Positions 50,990 to 63,679 are shown, counted from the stretch's first letter. The stretch is 64,000 nt of DNA from Octopus sinensis (GCF_006345805.1 NC_043001.1:32426001-32490000), one strand, 5' to 3'. Translations and numbers: made by a program. The notes: generated by a model from the letters alone, not told the origin.

Positions 50990-51360
50990 CATTTGACTGC
51001 GGCCATGCTGGATCAGCGCCTTCAGTCGAAGAAATCGAACCCAGAACTTATTCTTTGAAAGCCTTTTACCTAACTGCTAGGTTAGAAGGACGCAATCACA
51101 GATACACAAATACACACACACGCATGCACACACACATATATAAATATATATATATACACACACACATATAATATATATATAATATATACACACACATACA
51201 TACGACGAGCTTCTTCCAGTTTCCATCTACCAAATCCACTCGCAAGGCTTAGGTCGGCCCGTGGTTATAGTAGAAGTCACTTGCCCAAGGTCTCACGCAG
51301 TGGGACTGAACTCAGAGCAATGTTGTTGGGAAGCAACTTCTTAACACACAGCCGCTCCTG
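50990..51360 (-). mobile_element. SINE family A, internally deleted and degraded
   Basis: CATTTGACTGCGGCCATGCTGGA..; CTACCAAATCCACTC..ACTTGCCCAAGG..ACACAGCCGCTCCTG. Confidence 0.85.
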
Positions 51361-51664
51361 GTGTCTGTTTTTATGTGGATTTGATAGACAGAAATTGAAA
51401 GAAGCCCGTCGCGTATATATATATATATATATATATTATATAAATATATATATATATGTATATGTATATATATATATAATATATCTATATATATGTATAT
51501 GTATATATATATATATGTATATATGTGTAATATATATATTATTATATATATACATATATATATACAAATAATATAATATATACATACATACATATATATA
51601 TATACATACACATATATATACATATATTTACATATGTATATATACATGTATGTACATATATATT

Positions 51665-51696
<32 letters not shown>

Positions 51697-51928
51697 CATA
51701 CATACACATATATATATATGTGTGTGTGTGTGTATGTATATTTATATATATATATATATATATATTTGTGTGAGTTGGAGGTTGAGGAACCAACTAAGGG
51801 ATAGTACCTATCCAATATACTGCTGGTAGTGTACCCAGTTATTCATACCCAAGTGCTAGTTATTGCGTGGCAATCTCGCAATTGAGTATGAAATATGGGC
51901 GAGGGGTAAAAAGTGGTTTATCCTTGAT

Positions 51929-52668
51929 TTATACAAGAAATAAGAGAGTGGAGAGGATATGAAATCAACAGACATCAGCCGGTAAAAACTCCAGTATGTC
52001 TATTCATTCCAATGTATTGGATTGATAAACACACATGCTTAGTGGTATAGACTATCAAATAGAAAGAGTTAGTAATTGGTAATTGCCTAAAAAACGGTGT
52101 GGAAGCATATAAGCATACAGGAGCGAGTGATCAATTGAGCAGATGAGCAAATGGGAAAATGAACAGATTGTCTATAAAATCGAATGGATGTATAGATGAT
52201 AGTTCCTTACGGCCGTTTCTGCTAAGAGGCAACGAAATCTTCCAGGTAATCTCTATCTCTTCAGTGTTATGTAAGGATAAGAAGCCTAGAGACACATTCA
52301 TTATCCAAGTCTTATCTGCTCATCCCTACATAACACTGAAGAGATGGAAATAACCTGTAAGATTTCGTTGTCTCTTCCAGAAACGGTCGTAAAGAAATAG
52401 CACCTACACATCCTTTTGGTTTTATAGACAATCTGATCATTTGCCCATTTGCCCATTTGCTTGTCTGCTCAATTGATCGCTCGTTTCCTATATGTTTATA
52501 TGCTCTCACATCCTTGTCATTGTAATTAATAACTCTTTCTATTTGATAATCTATGCCACTAATACATGTGTGTGTATGAATCCAATATACTGGAATAAAC
52601 AGACATACTGGAATGTTTACTGCTGATGTCGATCGACTTCATATCCTCTCCAATATACTTGTCGTATA
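51929..52668. mobile_element. Long foldback element (~350-bp inverted arms, ~40-nt loop)
   Basis: Arms align end to end: GGAGAGGATATGAA/TTCATATCCTCTCC, CCAGTATGTCT/AGACATACTGG and TCTTCAGTGTTATGTA/TACATAACACTGAAGA. Confidence 0.9.
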
Positions 52669-52860
52669 CAGACACACACACACTCACACACACACATATA
52701 AATACATATGTATATATACATATAATATATATATATATACATAAATATATATATATATGTATATACATAAATATATATATACATAAATATATATATATGT
52801 ATATACATAAATATATATATATATGTATATACATAAATATATATATATATATATATATAG

Positions 52861-52894
<34 letters not shown>

Positions 52895-52899
52895 ATGTA

Positions 52900-53050
52900 T
52901 AGCAAATCCCAAAATGAACAAACACAAAATCAACACCGCGAGGACGTGGTCATGTAATGTATTAGCAGGCTTTCAGGAAAGGAAAGGTGGTTTAACGTTT
53001 CGAGCAGACGCTCTTCTTCGGAAATAGAAGGAACGGCGAAGCAAGAAAAT
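52900..53050 (-). mobile_element. P1-related terminal repeat with hammerhead-like motif (52990-53025)
   Basis: Minus motif is TTT-CCGAAGA-A-GAGC-GTCT-GCTC-GAAA-CG-TT-AAA. Confidence 0.65.
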
Positions 53051-53071
53051 CGTTATATATATATATATATC

Positions 53072-53105
<34 letters not shown>

Positions 53106-53149
53106 CACACACACACACTCACATATATATATACATACATATATATTTT

Positions 53150-53330
53150 TCGCCATGATAGATCGCTAGCCACTACATTTTCTTTACTTTATCTCCTTAT
53201 GTTCCTTTCTGTGGAAGAGCGTAGGCTCGAAACGTTAGAGACTTTTTCACTTCCCGAGCGTATACTAATACATCTGTTTGTTGTCTACACCACCTGCCTT
53301 CGTCTTTTGTTTTTCTGTGAATTCTCCCTA
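53150..53330 (+). mobile_element. P2 terminal repeat with hammerhead-like motif (53205-53240)
   Basis: CTTT-CTGTGGA-A-GAGC-GTAG-GCTC-GAAA-CG-TT-AGAG. Homologous to 20815-21030. Confidence 0.68.
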
Positions 53331-53354
53331 TATATACATACATACATATATATA

Positions 53355-53396
<42 letters not shown>

Positions 53397-53889
53397 TATA
53401 TATATATATGATATATATATATTACTTGATATATACATATATATATATATACATCTATAATAGAATATGTTACAAAAAAAATAGAACCTACACGTGGAAA
53501 TGTAAGGGGAAGTAAGAAGAAAAATAAGCGAAAATGCACATTGGAAATAATAAAAAAATAATAGTGGCATTTTATGAAAAGTAATGATAGATATATACAA
53601 TTAGATGAACTGAGGTAGGAATTAAAGTAAGAAAAGTCATTATTGTGAATTGTTAAAGGGATTTAAAAGCATACCGGTTTCGTAAATTACTAATCATTGC
53701 TTTGAATGCACACCGATTAATGAATAGTGTCAGGTCTATTAGTCTCTGAGAGAAAAGATTATGTGTAAGGGAGTATTTCTGGATTTGGTGCAATTAGGGT
53801 AGATATAGATCTATAATGTAAATGGTGTATGGAATATATGGGGTTAGTGGTATTAATTGAAAATTTAGTAGTGTTCTGTATTATGTTAT

Positions 53890-54290
53890 GTGTTCATATT
53901 GAGTTGGGGAACATATTTATTGATGACAGTTGCCTCTTCATTCATTCTTTGTTGCACAGGGGTGTTATGTGAACATTGATAGAAGGGGAAAATTAGGAAA
54001 TTAGGATTAACATTCCTAGCACACATTTCTATGTGTTCACTAATCTGTAACTGTCTGTATTGTGAGTGGCGGATTTGTGCTTTGTGGAGAGTGTTTGGCC
54101 AATATAATTGTTACCACACCCTAAGCATGTAATGGCATAGAATTGATTTTCCGAGGCACAGGTGAAATTTGATTTGATCTTAAATGTTTCACCTTGTTTG
54201 AAAGTAGAATTCTGAGCCCTCCAAAAGGTGGGGGCATGTACCGCAGTTAGGTTGACCACATTTTTTCACTTTTGGTTCTGTTGTTAATGG
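53890..54290 (-). pseudogene. Penelope-like element GIY-YIG endonuclease remnant
   Basis: FKIKSNFTCASENQFYAITCLGCGNNYIGQT, then after a frameshift QIRHSQYRQLQISEHIEMCARNVNPNFLIFPFYQC..QRMNEEATVINKYVPQLN*. Confidence 0.92.
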
Positions 54291-54301
54291 ATATAGTCTT
54301 G

Positions 54302-54556
54302 CGCTAAGTTACGGGGACATAAATACGCCAGCATCGGTTGACAAGCGATGTTGTGGGGGACAAACACAGGCACACAAGCACATATATACATATGTGTGTC
54401 GTATACATATATACGACCGGTTTCCTTCAGTTTCCGTCTACCAAATCCACTCACAAGGCTTTGGTCGGCCCGAGGCTATAGTAGAAGGCACTTGCCCAAA
54501 GCGGAGCCATGTGGTTGGTAAACAAGCTACTTACCACACAGCCACTCTTGCGCCTA
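54302..54556 (-). mobile_element. SINE family A, 3'-truncated
   Basis: Reverse complement of the head and mid region. Interrupts the Penelope remnant. Confidence 0.9.
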
Positions 54557-54817
54557 TGTTAAATAAATTAATTTACATATATACTAAACAAGTTTCAACA
54601 ATATTTTTGTTTATGAATGGTAAAAATTTAAAACAGTAATGTAGAAAAACATGTTTAGAAGATTCAATGTTTGCAAGATTCAATAATATAAAATATCTTT
54701 TAAATGTTTATGTAAATACAACAACAAATTTTCCTATACACACACACATATTCGTAGAGGGAGAAAGAGGGAAAGGGGGGGGGAGACAGTGAGAAAGAGG
54801 GAAAGAGAGATTGAGGC

Positions 54818-54985
54818 GGAACCGTGGTTGTGTGGTAAGAAGCTTGCTTCTCAACCACATGGTTCTGGGTTCAGTCCCACCGCATGACACGTTGAGCAAG
54901 GGATTTCTACTATAGCCTCGGGCCGCCTAAAGTCTTGTGAGTGGGTTTGGTAGACGGAAACAGAGAGAAGCCCATCGTATATGTA
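54818..54985 (+). mobile_element. SINE family A 5' half
   Basis: GTGGTTGTGTGGTAAGAAGCTTGC..GTAGACGGAAACAGAGAGAAGCCCATCG. Confidence 0.88.
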
Positions 54986-55001
54986 TATATTTATTCCTGT
55001 C

Positions 55002-55044
<43 letters not shown>

Positions 55045-55367
55045 TGATGATGATAATAATGATGATGATGATGATGATAATAATGATGATGATGATGATA
55101 ATAATGATGATGATGATAATAATAATAATGATGATAATAATAATGATGATGATGATAATAATAATGATGATGATAATAATAATAATGATGATGATAATAA
55201 TAATAATAATAATGATGATAATAATAATAATGATGATGATAATAATAATAATGATGATGATAATAATAATGATGATGATGATAATAATAATAATGATAAT
55301 AATAATAATGATAATAATAATAATGATGATAATAATAATAATGATGATGATGATAATAATAATGATG

Positions 55368-55427
<60 letters not shown>

Positions 55428-55465
55428 TGATGATAATAATAATAATGATGATGATAATGATGATA

Positions 55466-55500
<35 letters not shown>

Positions 55501-55520
55501 AACAACAACAACAATAATAA
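54983..55520 (+). repeat. ~540-bp interleaved (AAT)n/(GAT)n array
   Basis: Read directly. Explains the 149-235 aa low-complexity ORFs. Confidence 0.96.
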
Positions 55521-55732
55521 TAAAGAAACAATAAGAAGAGCGCGGTTGTGTCTTTCATCTCAATCTATGTCGTTATAGTTTCTTTACTTTCTGGAGGAGT
55601 AACAACAATCTTTAAATATCACCAAAATGAAGTAGCTTGAGATGATTATTTTGAACTTGTGAAAGACACACTTGTGAATTTATTCAAGGATGCCGATTGG
55701 TTAGAAAAAAAATGGTTTGATATATAATTATA

Positions 55733-55932
55733 TATAATAAAGGATAACATCATTAATGATTTTATCAGGAAGCCAGCGCGAAGATAAAAACCTTATAAGG
55801 AAATTTTACAAACATTATAATAATTTTATACATAATTATGATAAAGGATTGTTATATATAATTATAACCAGGGATTATTTCCGCGCTGGCCTCCTGATAA
55901 TATCATTAATGATTTTGTCCTTCATTATATAA
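55733..55932. repeat. Short foldback with ~60-bp arms
   Basis: ATAATAAAGGATAACATCATTAATGATTTTATCAGGAAGCCAGCGCG is mirrored by CGCGCTGGCCTCCTGATAATATCATTAATGATTTTGTCCTTCATTAT. Confidence 0.85.
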
Positions 55933-56107
55933 TTAATCTAGAATAACATTTCACTCCTGATCAAAGTTGCCTTCACTGCAGCAATATTTTGATGTATAAC
56001 ACGTGGTTGAACAGAAAGATGGGAATTCTACTTTACTGTATATTTGCAGGTATATAATATATATATAATATATATATATATAATATTATATATATATATA
56101 TATTATT

Positions 56108-56450
56108 ATATAAATTAGAGACAAAACCACTATTATGCAAATCAAACAAAGAAAGACTTAAGCCAATACATAAAAAAATTTATATAATTAAATTTAATTA
56201 AAATAACCACTACGATCGTTTCGTGTCAGCACTTCTATGAGACATTCTTCAGGTGGTTTCAAAACATTCTTTGCAAGTTTTAAACATAAATTTTTTTATG
56301 TATTGGCTTAAGTCTTTCTTTGTTTGATTTGCATAATAGTGGTTTTGTCTCTAATTTAATATAATATTATATTTTACTATAAAATTGGATTCAATCCTAA
56401 ATCTGATTTTTCCCTGTAAATTTGGATTTATTCCCTAATATTTATTATTA
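56108..56450. mobile_element. Penelope-like terminal foldback (~75-bp arms around a hammerhead)
   Basis: AATTAGAGACAAAACCACTATTATGCAAATCAAACAAAGAAAGACTTAAGCCAATACATAAAAAAATTTA is mirrored exactly at ~56288-56357. Confidence 0.85.
56205..56258 (-). ncRNA. Minimal type I hammerhead ribozyme
   Basis: Minus strand reads AACCAC-CTGAAGA-ATGTC..GACAC-GAAA-CGATCG-TA-GTGGTT. Stem I is 6 bp, stem III is the palindrome ACGATCGT, the triplet is GUA, and stem II has an A-C mismatch at its base. Confidence 0.8.
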
Positions 56451-56451
56451 G

Positions 56452-56482
<31 letters not shown>

Positions 56483-56549
56483 GCACTATATATTTGGTGT
56501 TACTTTGCTTCAGCGTTATTTTTTTACATTAATCTTAATCTTATTTCGG

Positions 56550-56589
56550 CCAGAGTTCTTTCGTCACACTTCTGTGACCTCATCAGTGG
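56550..56589 (-). ncRNA. Second minimal hammerhead motif
   Basis: Minus strand reads CCA-CTGATGA-G-GTCACA-GAAG-TGTGAC-GAAA-GAAC-TC-TGG. Stem II is 6 bp, stem I is 3 bp, and the triplet is CUC. Confidence 0.65.
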
Positions 56590-56756
56590 TCCTTTGCTTT
56601 CTTCTTTCTTATTTGTGTGTCTCTCCTTACTAACGGTCAGCCATTTTGTATTTTGTATTCCTAATGGCTAAACTGGCAACATGACCATTCCTAAATAAAA
56701 CAACATCTGTTTCAACACACGATTTCATATCAAAAATCTTTCAAAACAAATATATA

Positions 56757-56791
<35 letters not shown>

Positions 56792-57313
56792 TGTTATCTA
56801 GTATCAGCTCACGAGCTGTGGCCATGCTGGAGCTCCCAAGTCGCTGTTCGTACACGTACGTGTAAATACTTGTAAATTTATACTATGGAATAACGGTGCT
56901 GAAGATAGCAGTAGGTATAATTTTTTACTTTCAGCTTGAAACCAGATCGTGTACACGTTTTACCAAACGTTTAATTCAATATCTTTCTTTTGCTCGACTA
57001 CAATGTGTGTCCTTTGGAGTTTTTTAAGGTGGTGTTGGCGTCATTTGGTGTCTATTTTCAGCGCGTGGAGAGGCATAATGCCAATCCCTTGTTACAATCG
57101 TGTATATAATAATAATAATAATATATATATATTTTTTTTTTATTTAGAGATAGTGGGCCCCTTCATCTCACCATATAAAAGAAATTTAATTTCAATACTT
57201 ACTACTTTATAACTTGGCTACACGTTATATATTTTTTACATATATATATTTTCTCAGTGAGAATAATTTGAAACCCTGTTATGATGGAATTTTTATTCCC
57301 TAACAAATAAAAT

Positions 57314-57348
<35 letters not shown>

Positions 57349-57350
<2 letters not shown>

Positions 57351-57745
57351 TCTTTTACTCTTACTTGTTTCAGTCATTTGATTGCGGCCATGCTGGAGCG
57401 CCGCCTTTAATCGACCAAATCTATCCCAGGACATATTCTTTGTAAGCCTAGTACTTATTATTCTATCGGTCTCATTTGCCGAACCGCTAAATTACGACGA
57501 CATAAACACACCAGCATCGGTTGTCAAGCGATGTTGGTGGTGGTGGTGGGGAACAAACACAGACACATATATATATATATACATATACATATATACGACG
57601 GGCTTCTTTCAGTTTCCGTCCACCAAATACACTCACAAGGCTTTGGTGGCCCGAGGCTTTAGTAGAAGACACTTGCCGAAGGTGCCACGCAGTGGGATTG
57701 AACTCAGAACCATGTAGTTCGTAAGCAAGCTACTTACCACACAGC
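57349..57745 (-). mobile_element. SINE family A, near full length
   Basis: Reverse complement of the consensus. Confidence 0.93.
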
Positions 57746-58064
57746 AACCCCGAAGACTAAATACAGTTAGAAGCTAATCACATATGTATTAGCACATATA
57801 AATTTATATATCTTGGTAAACAAATTTATTTTACTTAGAGTATAGAAAATACAGAATACTGTAGAAAGAAGGCATAGATTTTTTTTATCTCGGCAGCGGT
57901 TTCTGGGAGCTCGAAATTTAAGTAATAGCTGTAATGCTCATAATTTGCAAATGGGATGTGCGATAGATCATGGTTATGGGATGCGTAGGTAGATGCATAG
58001 AAATATCATCGTAATAGCGTCTTTCTTCGTTTGGAGGGGAAGATTGGCTTGTATGTATGCATGT

Positions 58065-58362
58065 ATATCACGTGATCACGTGACCGACCAAGCTATCAGA
58101 TGTTACTACACATCGCTGGTCACAACGCGCTTCGCATTGTTTTAGCCTTCAAATGACGCCACCCCACTGGCTAAGCGAGCAGGCCAACAGAAGAAAGAGT
58201 GAGGGAAAGTTGCGGCGAAAGAGTACAGCAGGGATCGCCACCACTCCTAGCGGAGCCTTGTGAAGCTTTAGGTGTTTTCGCTCAATAAACACTCACAACA
58301 CCCGGTCTGGGAATCGAAACCGCGATCCTACGACCGCGTGTCCCCTGCCCTAACTACTGGGC
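58065..58362 (-). mobile_element. tRNA-derived SINE family C, tail type 2
   Basis: The 5' ~170 bp is homologous to 24318-24621 (GAGCGAAAACACCTAA, CTCTTTCGCC, CTCACTCTTTC). The 3' part is different. Confidence 0.85.
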
Positions 58363-58504
58363 AGTGGTTCCGTCTACCAAATCCATATATAGCATATGTC
58401 TGGTGAACAATGAAAAAACATGACAAAATGAATTCATCCAAATTTATTTGTTCACGAGATGACTATGGATCTTTCATTATATAATCAATATCGTATAATA
58501 GATG

Positions 58505-58720
58505 GAAGGTGGTGAGCTGACAACATCTTTAGCACGCCAGGTATAATGCTTAGCAGTATTTTCGTCATTCCGTTTTTTCTGAGTTCAAATTTCGCTGAGG
58601 TAAACTGTGTTTTTCATCCTTTTGGTGTCGATAAAACAAGTTCCAATGAAGCACTGGAGTCATTGGAATCGACTTACTCAACTCGCGCTAAATTGCGGGC
58701 CTTGTGCAAACATTTGAAAT
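58505..58720 (+). mobile_element. SINE family B, degraded
   Basis: AAGGTGGTGAGCTGAC..TTCTGAGTTCAAATTTCGCTGAGG..TTTCATCCTTTTGGTGTCGATAAAA. Confidence 0.8.
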
Positions 58721-59237
58721 CATCATCATTATTATTGTTGTTGGCCTCTGAAACCAATATTATATAGTCGATGTTATACGCTCTTGAATAATTATTTGTT
58801 ATAAATCTGTCCTTGGAACAGCTGTAAAGATTGAAATGAATGTTATATTAGAAAATCCATTGTTCGCTTGTTATTTTATACTCCGTGACTGAATGTAATT
58901 TCCGGGATTTTCAGTTTGTCTGAAATATTCTTCAACTGAAGATTAGTTCATTTCTATACAAATTCATTGACGGTATTTGCAGTAGTGCTAAGATAACGAC
59001 ACGGATTGCTGTACCTGTGTGTGTATGCGTGTGTGTGTATGTGTATGTATGTGTATTTGTGTAGAGGTATTTAGTGAATTTTAAAAAGTTTTTTTTTAAT
59101 AAAAAGGACACACATACACATGTTTGCACACATACGCACACGTAAACAGACACGCATATACACAGATACGCATATTTTTTCTTGATTCTGTATCTGATGT
59201 TGGAGCGTGATCATATGTGTATATATATTATAGATGT

Positions 59238-59597
59238 ATGGGTGGCTGTATGGTAAGTAGCTTGCTTACGAACCACATAGTTCCGTGTTCAGTCCCACTG
59301 CGTGACACCTTGGGCAAGTGTCTTCTACTATAGCCTCGGGCTGACCAAAGCCATTTGAGTGGATTTGGTAGACGGAAACATATATGTATGTATTTGTGTA
59401 TTTGTGTTTGTCACCACACCATTGCTTGACAACCAATGCTGGTGTGTTTACGTCCACGTAACTTAGCGGTTCGGCAAAAGACACCAATAGAATAAGTACT
59501 AGGCTCACAAAGAATAAGTCCTAGGGTCAATTTTCTCGACTAAAGGCGGTGCTCGATTAAAGTCAAATGACTGAAACAAGTAAAAGAGTAAAAGAGT
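59238..59597 (+). mobile_element. SINE family A
   Basis: Matches the consensus, with a (GTAAAAGA)n tail. Confidence 0.92.
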
Positions 59598-59697
59598 ATA
59601 TTCACGATTTGGAGTCCTTCTGTTTCTTCTGCTAAATATTTATAAAAATATACATTAACTCATATTTTGAGTTCTACGTCTCCTGTTTACATCAACA

Positions 59698-60107
59698 TAG
59701 GCGCAGGAGTGGCTGTGTGGTAAGTAGCTTGCTTACCAACCACATGATTCCGGGTTCAGTCCCGCTGCATGGCACCTTGGGCAAGTGTCTTCTACTATAG
59801 CTTCGGGCCGACCAAAGCCTTGTGAGTGGATTTGGTAGACGGAAACTGAAAGAAGCCCATCGTATATATGTATATATATGTGTTTGTGTGTGTATGTTTG
59901 TGTGTCTGTGTTTGTCCCCCCAACATCGTTTGGCAACCGATGCTTTGTGTTTACGTCCCCGTAACTTAGCGGTTCGGTAAAACGGAGCGATATAATAAAT
60001 GCTAGGCTTACAAAGAATAAGTCCTGGGGTCGATTTGCTCGACTAAAAGTGGTGCTCCAGCATCGCCACAGTCAAATGACAGAAACAAGTAAAAGAGTAA
60101 AAGAGTA
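59698..60107 (+). mobile_element. SINE family A, full length
   Basis: Matches the consensus, with a (GTAAAAGA)n tail. Confidence 0.95.
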
Positions 60108-60178
60108 TATTTATCTATCTATCTATCTATCTTCTATCATCTATCGATCTATCTATCTATCTATCTATCTATCTTCTA

Positions 60179-60225
<47 letters not shown>

Positions 60226-60859
60226 ATATATATATACGAAAGAAGGTATATAATTCCACTCGTGTGATACCCCACAACTCAACTTTGTTATATATATATA
60301 TATATATATGTATATACATACACACACATATTACATGTGTGTGTTTGTTTGCGCGCGTGTGTGTGTGATCAAAGGGTTATTAATCAGTTATTATCAATCC
60401 GGGCAAAATACTTTTTAAGTTTTCTGTTAATACACCAGGTTAACGAATTATTTTTAAATAAGTAAAGGCCTCTGTATACTCTTGTGGCTGTTTATAATCC
60501 ATCATAGTTCTGTATTGTAAATCCATGGTTGCACTCCCAGTTACACCAGTCTTTTACACAAAATGATACACAAGACAAGATATAAATATATTGGAGGAAT
60601 TTCAACCGTGTTTCGTGGTCTGCTACCACAACAACTCCTTTATAGGATACAGTTAGCTCAAGACATCATCAAAAGGATACACGTCCGGTTTCGGCCCCTA
60701 CTCCTCTACCGTTTTGAGGTAGGTGTCTTCAGCTCTGGTGTTGGGTGCATGTCGTCTTTCTTCTGTTCCCTGGCCTCTTCGCTGTAGCGTCAGTGAGTGT
60801 CAGCGGGCGACTGAGTGTCTTGTCAAATGTTTTCCTTTAAATACCTGCTGACTTACAAA

Positions 60860-61075
60860 TGTTTCTGAATATCATTGCAGGTTTTGCTCATTGATTGGTT
60901 TACGCAATCGGTTCATTGATTGGTTGGGCAAAATTGAACTTTCTCAAGAGAATTAATGTTATCCTCATTAGTCATGGCTGTCTGGTCACCAGAATACCAT
61001 ATTTATATTGAGTCTCAGTTTTTCTTAACCAATCAATGGACCAATTTGAGTAAGCCAATCGCTGGACCAACCTAT
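60860..61075. repeat. Imperfect foldback / MITE-like with repeated ATTGATTGG / CCAATC motifs
   Basis: CATTGATTGGTTTACGCAATCGGTTCATTGATTGGTT is mirrored by AACCAATCAATGGACCAATTTGAGTAAGCCAATCG. Confidence 0.6.
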
Positions 61076-61169
61076 AAAAACTATTGGAAACTGATGTAAG
61101 TCAAATTAACTACAACAAAACAATATGTAATGAATACTATTTATACATTCTCTTATATATACGAGGCGT

Positions 61170-61285
61170 AGTTGTGTGGAAAACAGCGCGCGTCCCAACC
61201 ATTCACTGTATGGCATTTTGGGCAGGTGTCTTCTAATATAGCCTCGGGCCGACCAAAGCCTTGTCAGTGGGTTTGGTACACCAAA
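61170..61285 (+). mobile_element. SINE family A head fragment (a 3' fragment also lies at 62160-62285)
   Basis: TTTTGGGCAGGTGTCTTCTAATATAGCCTCGGGCCGACCAAAGCCTTGT. Confidence 0.8.
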
Positions 61286-61389
61286 AGAAGTCTATCGTAT
61301 CTCTTTTTCATACTCTCACTATCTCTCGCTCCCTCTCACTCTCACTCTTTCTCATCTCTCTCTCTCTCTATATATATATATACATACAT

Positions 61390-61459
<70 letters not shown>

Positions 61460-62108
61460 TAAGGAGGGAGATAAATTAATATTAATTTTAATATCAATTT
61501 AAAACCAGTAGTCCAGCATACAAAAATCTGAGGAGTCAGAGAAAATTCTAATATATGTGTATATTGGCAGGGCTTACTGCTAGGGAGTCGGCCCGGCCAT
61601 ATGCTAGAAATAGACCATCAACGGTCAAACTACAAGGAAATTCTCTAGAGGAAAAATACAGCGAACACCAGAACCAATTTTGGCGGGCCATGACAGATGA
61701 AAATTAGATAAAAAAAACAGAATTAAATGCATACCTCGGTTTCAGCCTTGACAAGAGAATTACTTATGCAATCCAAATGTCCGTGCTTCTCAGTGCATCC
61801 GTTCATAGTAATGTAAACGGAAAAGCTAACCCCAGCTTTCGTGCCAGTACAGACACGTGTGTAGCTGTACCGATTACACTAGTGATAAAATTTCAATGTA
61901 TTGGCTCTGGCGCGCTAATAAATTTCTGAGGAGAAGGGCTGCAGTGAATAAGTCACTGCGGTTCGTGCTTAGTAAGAGAACACAAATTTATTTCTTAAAT
62001 AATAGAGATAATAATAAGATTGGAGATATGAATATATATATAATTTAATATTAATATTTAATTATATATATTTATATATTATATATATGTGTGTGTGTGG
62101 GTGTGTGG

Positions 62109-62139
<31 letters not shown>

Positions 62140-62413
62140 TGTGTGTCTGGTCTGTTTTCTCATCCCCACCACCACCACTTGACAACCGGTGCTGATGTGT
62201 TTACATTCCAGAAACTTAGCAGCTCGTCAAAACTGACCGTTAGAATAAGTACCAGGCTTTTAAAATTTAAGTACTGGGATCGATACATTCGAATAAAAAT
62301 TCTTGAAGACGGTACCCTAGTTTGAATTACCTCAGTCTGATGAGTGAAATAAAAATATAACAACATATACATACACACATACATACATACATAACACATC
62401 ATACATACATACA

Positions 62414-62471
<58 letters not shown>

Positions 62472-62653
62472 TATATTATTATACATACAGACGAACTGAG
62501 AAATATAACATAAATGTATCTTCTATTATACACACACATACATTATGAATGTAGGTGTGTATTATTCATGTTATGCATCTATATCTAAATTCAAACGTAT
62601 ATGTATGTATACATACACTAGCATATTATACATTATATATATATATATATGTT

Positions 62654-62692
<39 letters not shown>

Positions 62693-62832
62693 AATATGCA
62701 TGTAAATATGCATATATATATATATATATATAAAATATATATATAATATATATATACATATATATATATATATTATATATATATATAACATATATATATA
62801 TATATATATAACATATAATATATATAATATAT

Positions 62833-62864
<32 letters not shown>

Positions 62865-62898
62865 ATATATTATATATATATATATATTATTTATATAC

Positions 62899-62932
<34 letters not shown>

Positions 62933-63315
62933 AAGTTTAGCTAGGTAGATGGACAGTTTGATGATAAATACGCAGAGAATCCGGTAGATAAACTAAGATA
63001 ATATCTATATAGAAATGGGGGAGATAGAAAGTGGCAATGTGGGGGTGGGTTAGATAAATACGATTTCGCATGTGATAGGTACGGGTGTCAGGAAGATTTA
63101 AATTGATAAATAAAATGGTGAGGATTTATAAGTGGAATGTGGAAGAGAGCGAGAGTGATATACGTAGATATATAAGTAAACTTATATATAAATATAGTCT
63201 TTCACTTGCACACATAATACATGATTACATACGTACATGCATACATGCATGCATACATACATATATACATACATGTATACCCACATATACACACACACAC
63301 GCATATATATATACC

Positions 63316-63347
<32 letters not shown>

Positions 63348-63418
63348 CGTGTGTGTGTGTGTGGTTTGTACATAGAAAATATTAACGTATGTATGTATAT
63401 ATGTAGTATATTATATAT

Positions 63419-63450
<32 letters not shown>

Positions 63451-63550
63451 NNNNNNNNNNNNNNNNNNNNNNNNNNNNNNNNNNNNNNNNNNNNNNNNNN
63501 NNNNNNNNNNNNNNNNNNNNNNNNNNNNNNNNNNNNNNNNNNNNNNNNNN
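63451..63550. other. Assembly gap (100 N) inside (TA)n
   Basis: Run of exactly 100 N. The two sides may not be contiguous. Confidence 0.99.
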
Positions 63551-63580
63551 CTCTCTATATATATATATATATATATATTA

Positions 63581-63620
<40 letters not shown>

Positions 63621-63679
63621 ATATATATATATATATATACGGGTCATTCAAAATGTCATTGGGTCATTCAATGTGACCG

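Noticed and set aside
60683-60740. Minus-strand CTGAAGA...GGCC-GAAA-CCGG-AC as a hammerhead
   Set aside because: The U of the cleavage triplet is missing and stem I does not pair. At most a decayed Penelope terminus.
61925-61975. CTGAGGA plus the GCAGTGA/TCACTGC hairpin as a hammerhead (also CTGATGA-GT-GAAA at ~62338)
   Set aside because: The first has no GAAA after the stem. The second has no stem II or III.
63451-63550. Any biological meaning of the N run
   Set aside because: It is a fixed 100-N scaffolding gap, so adjacency across it is unverified.
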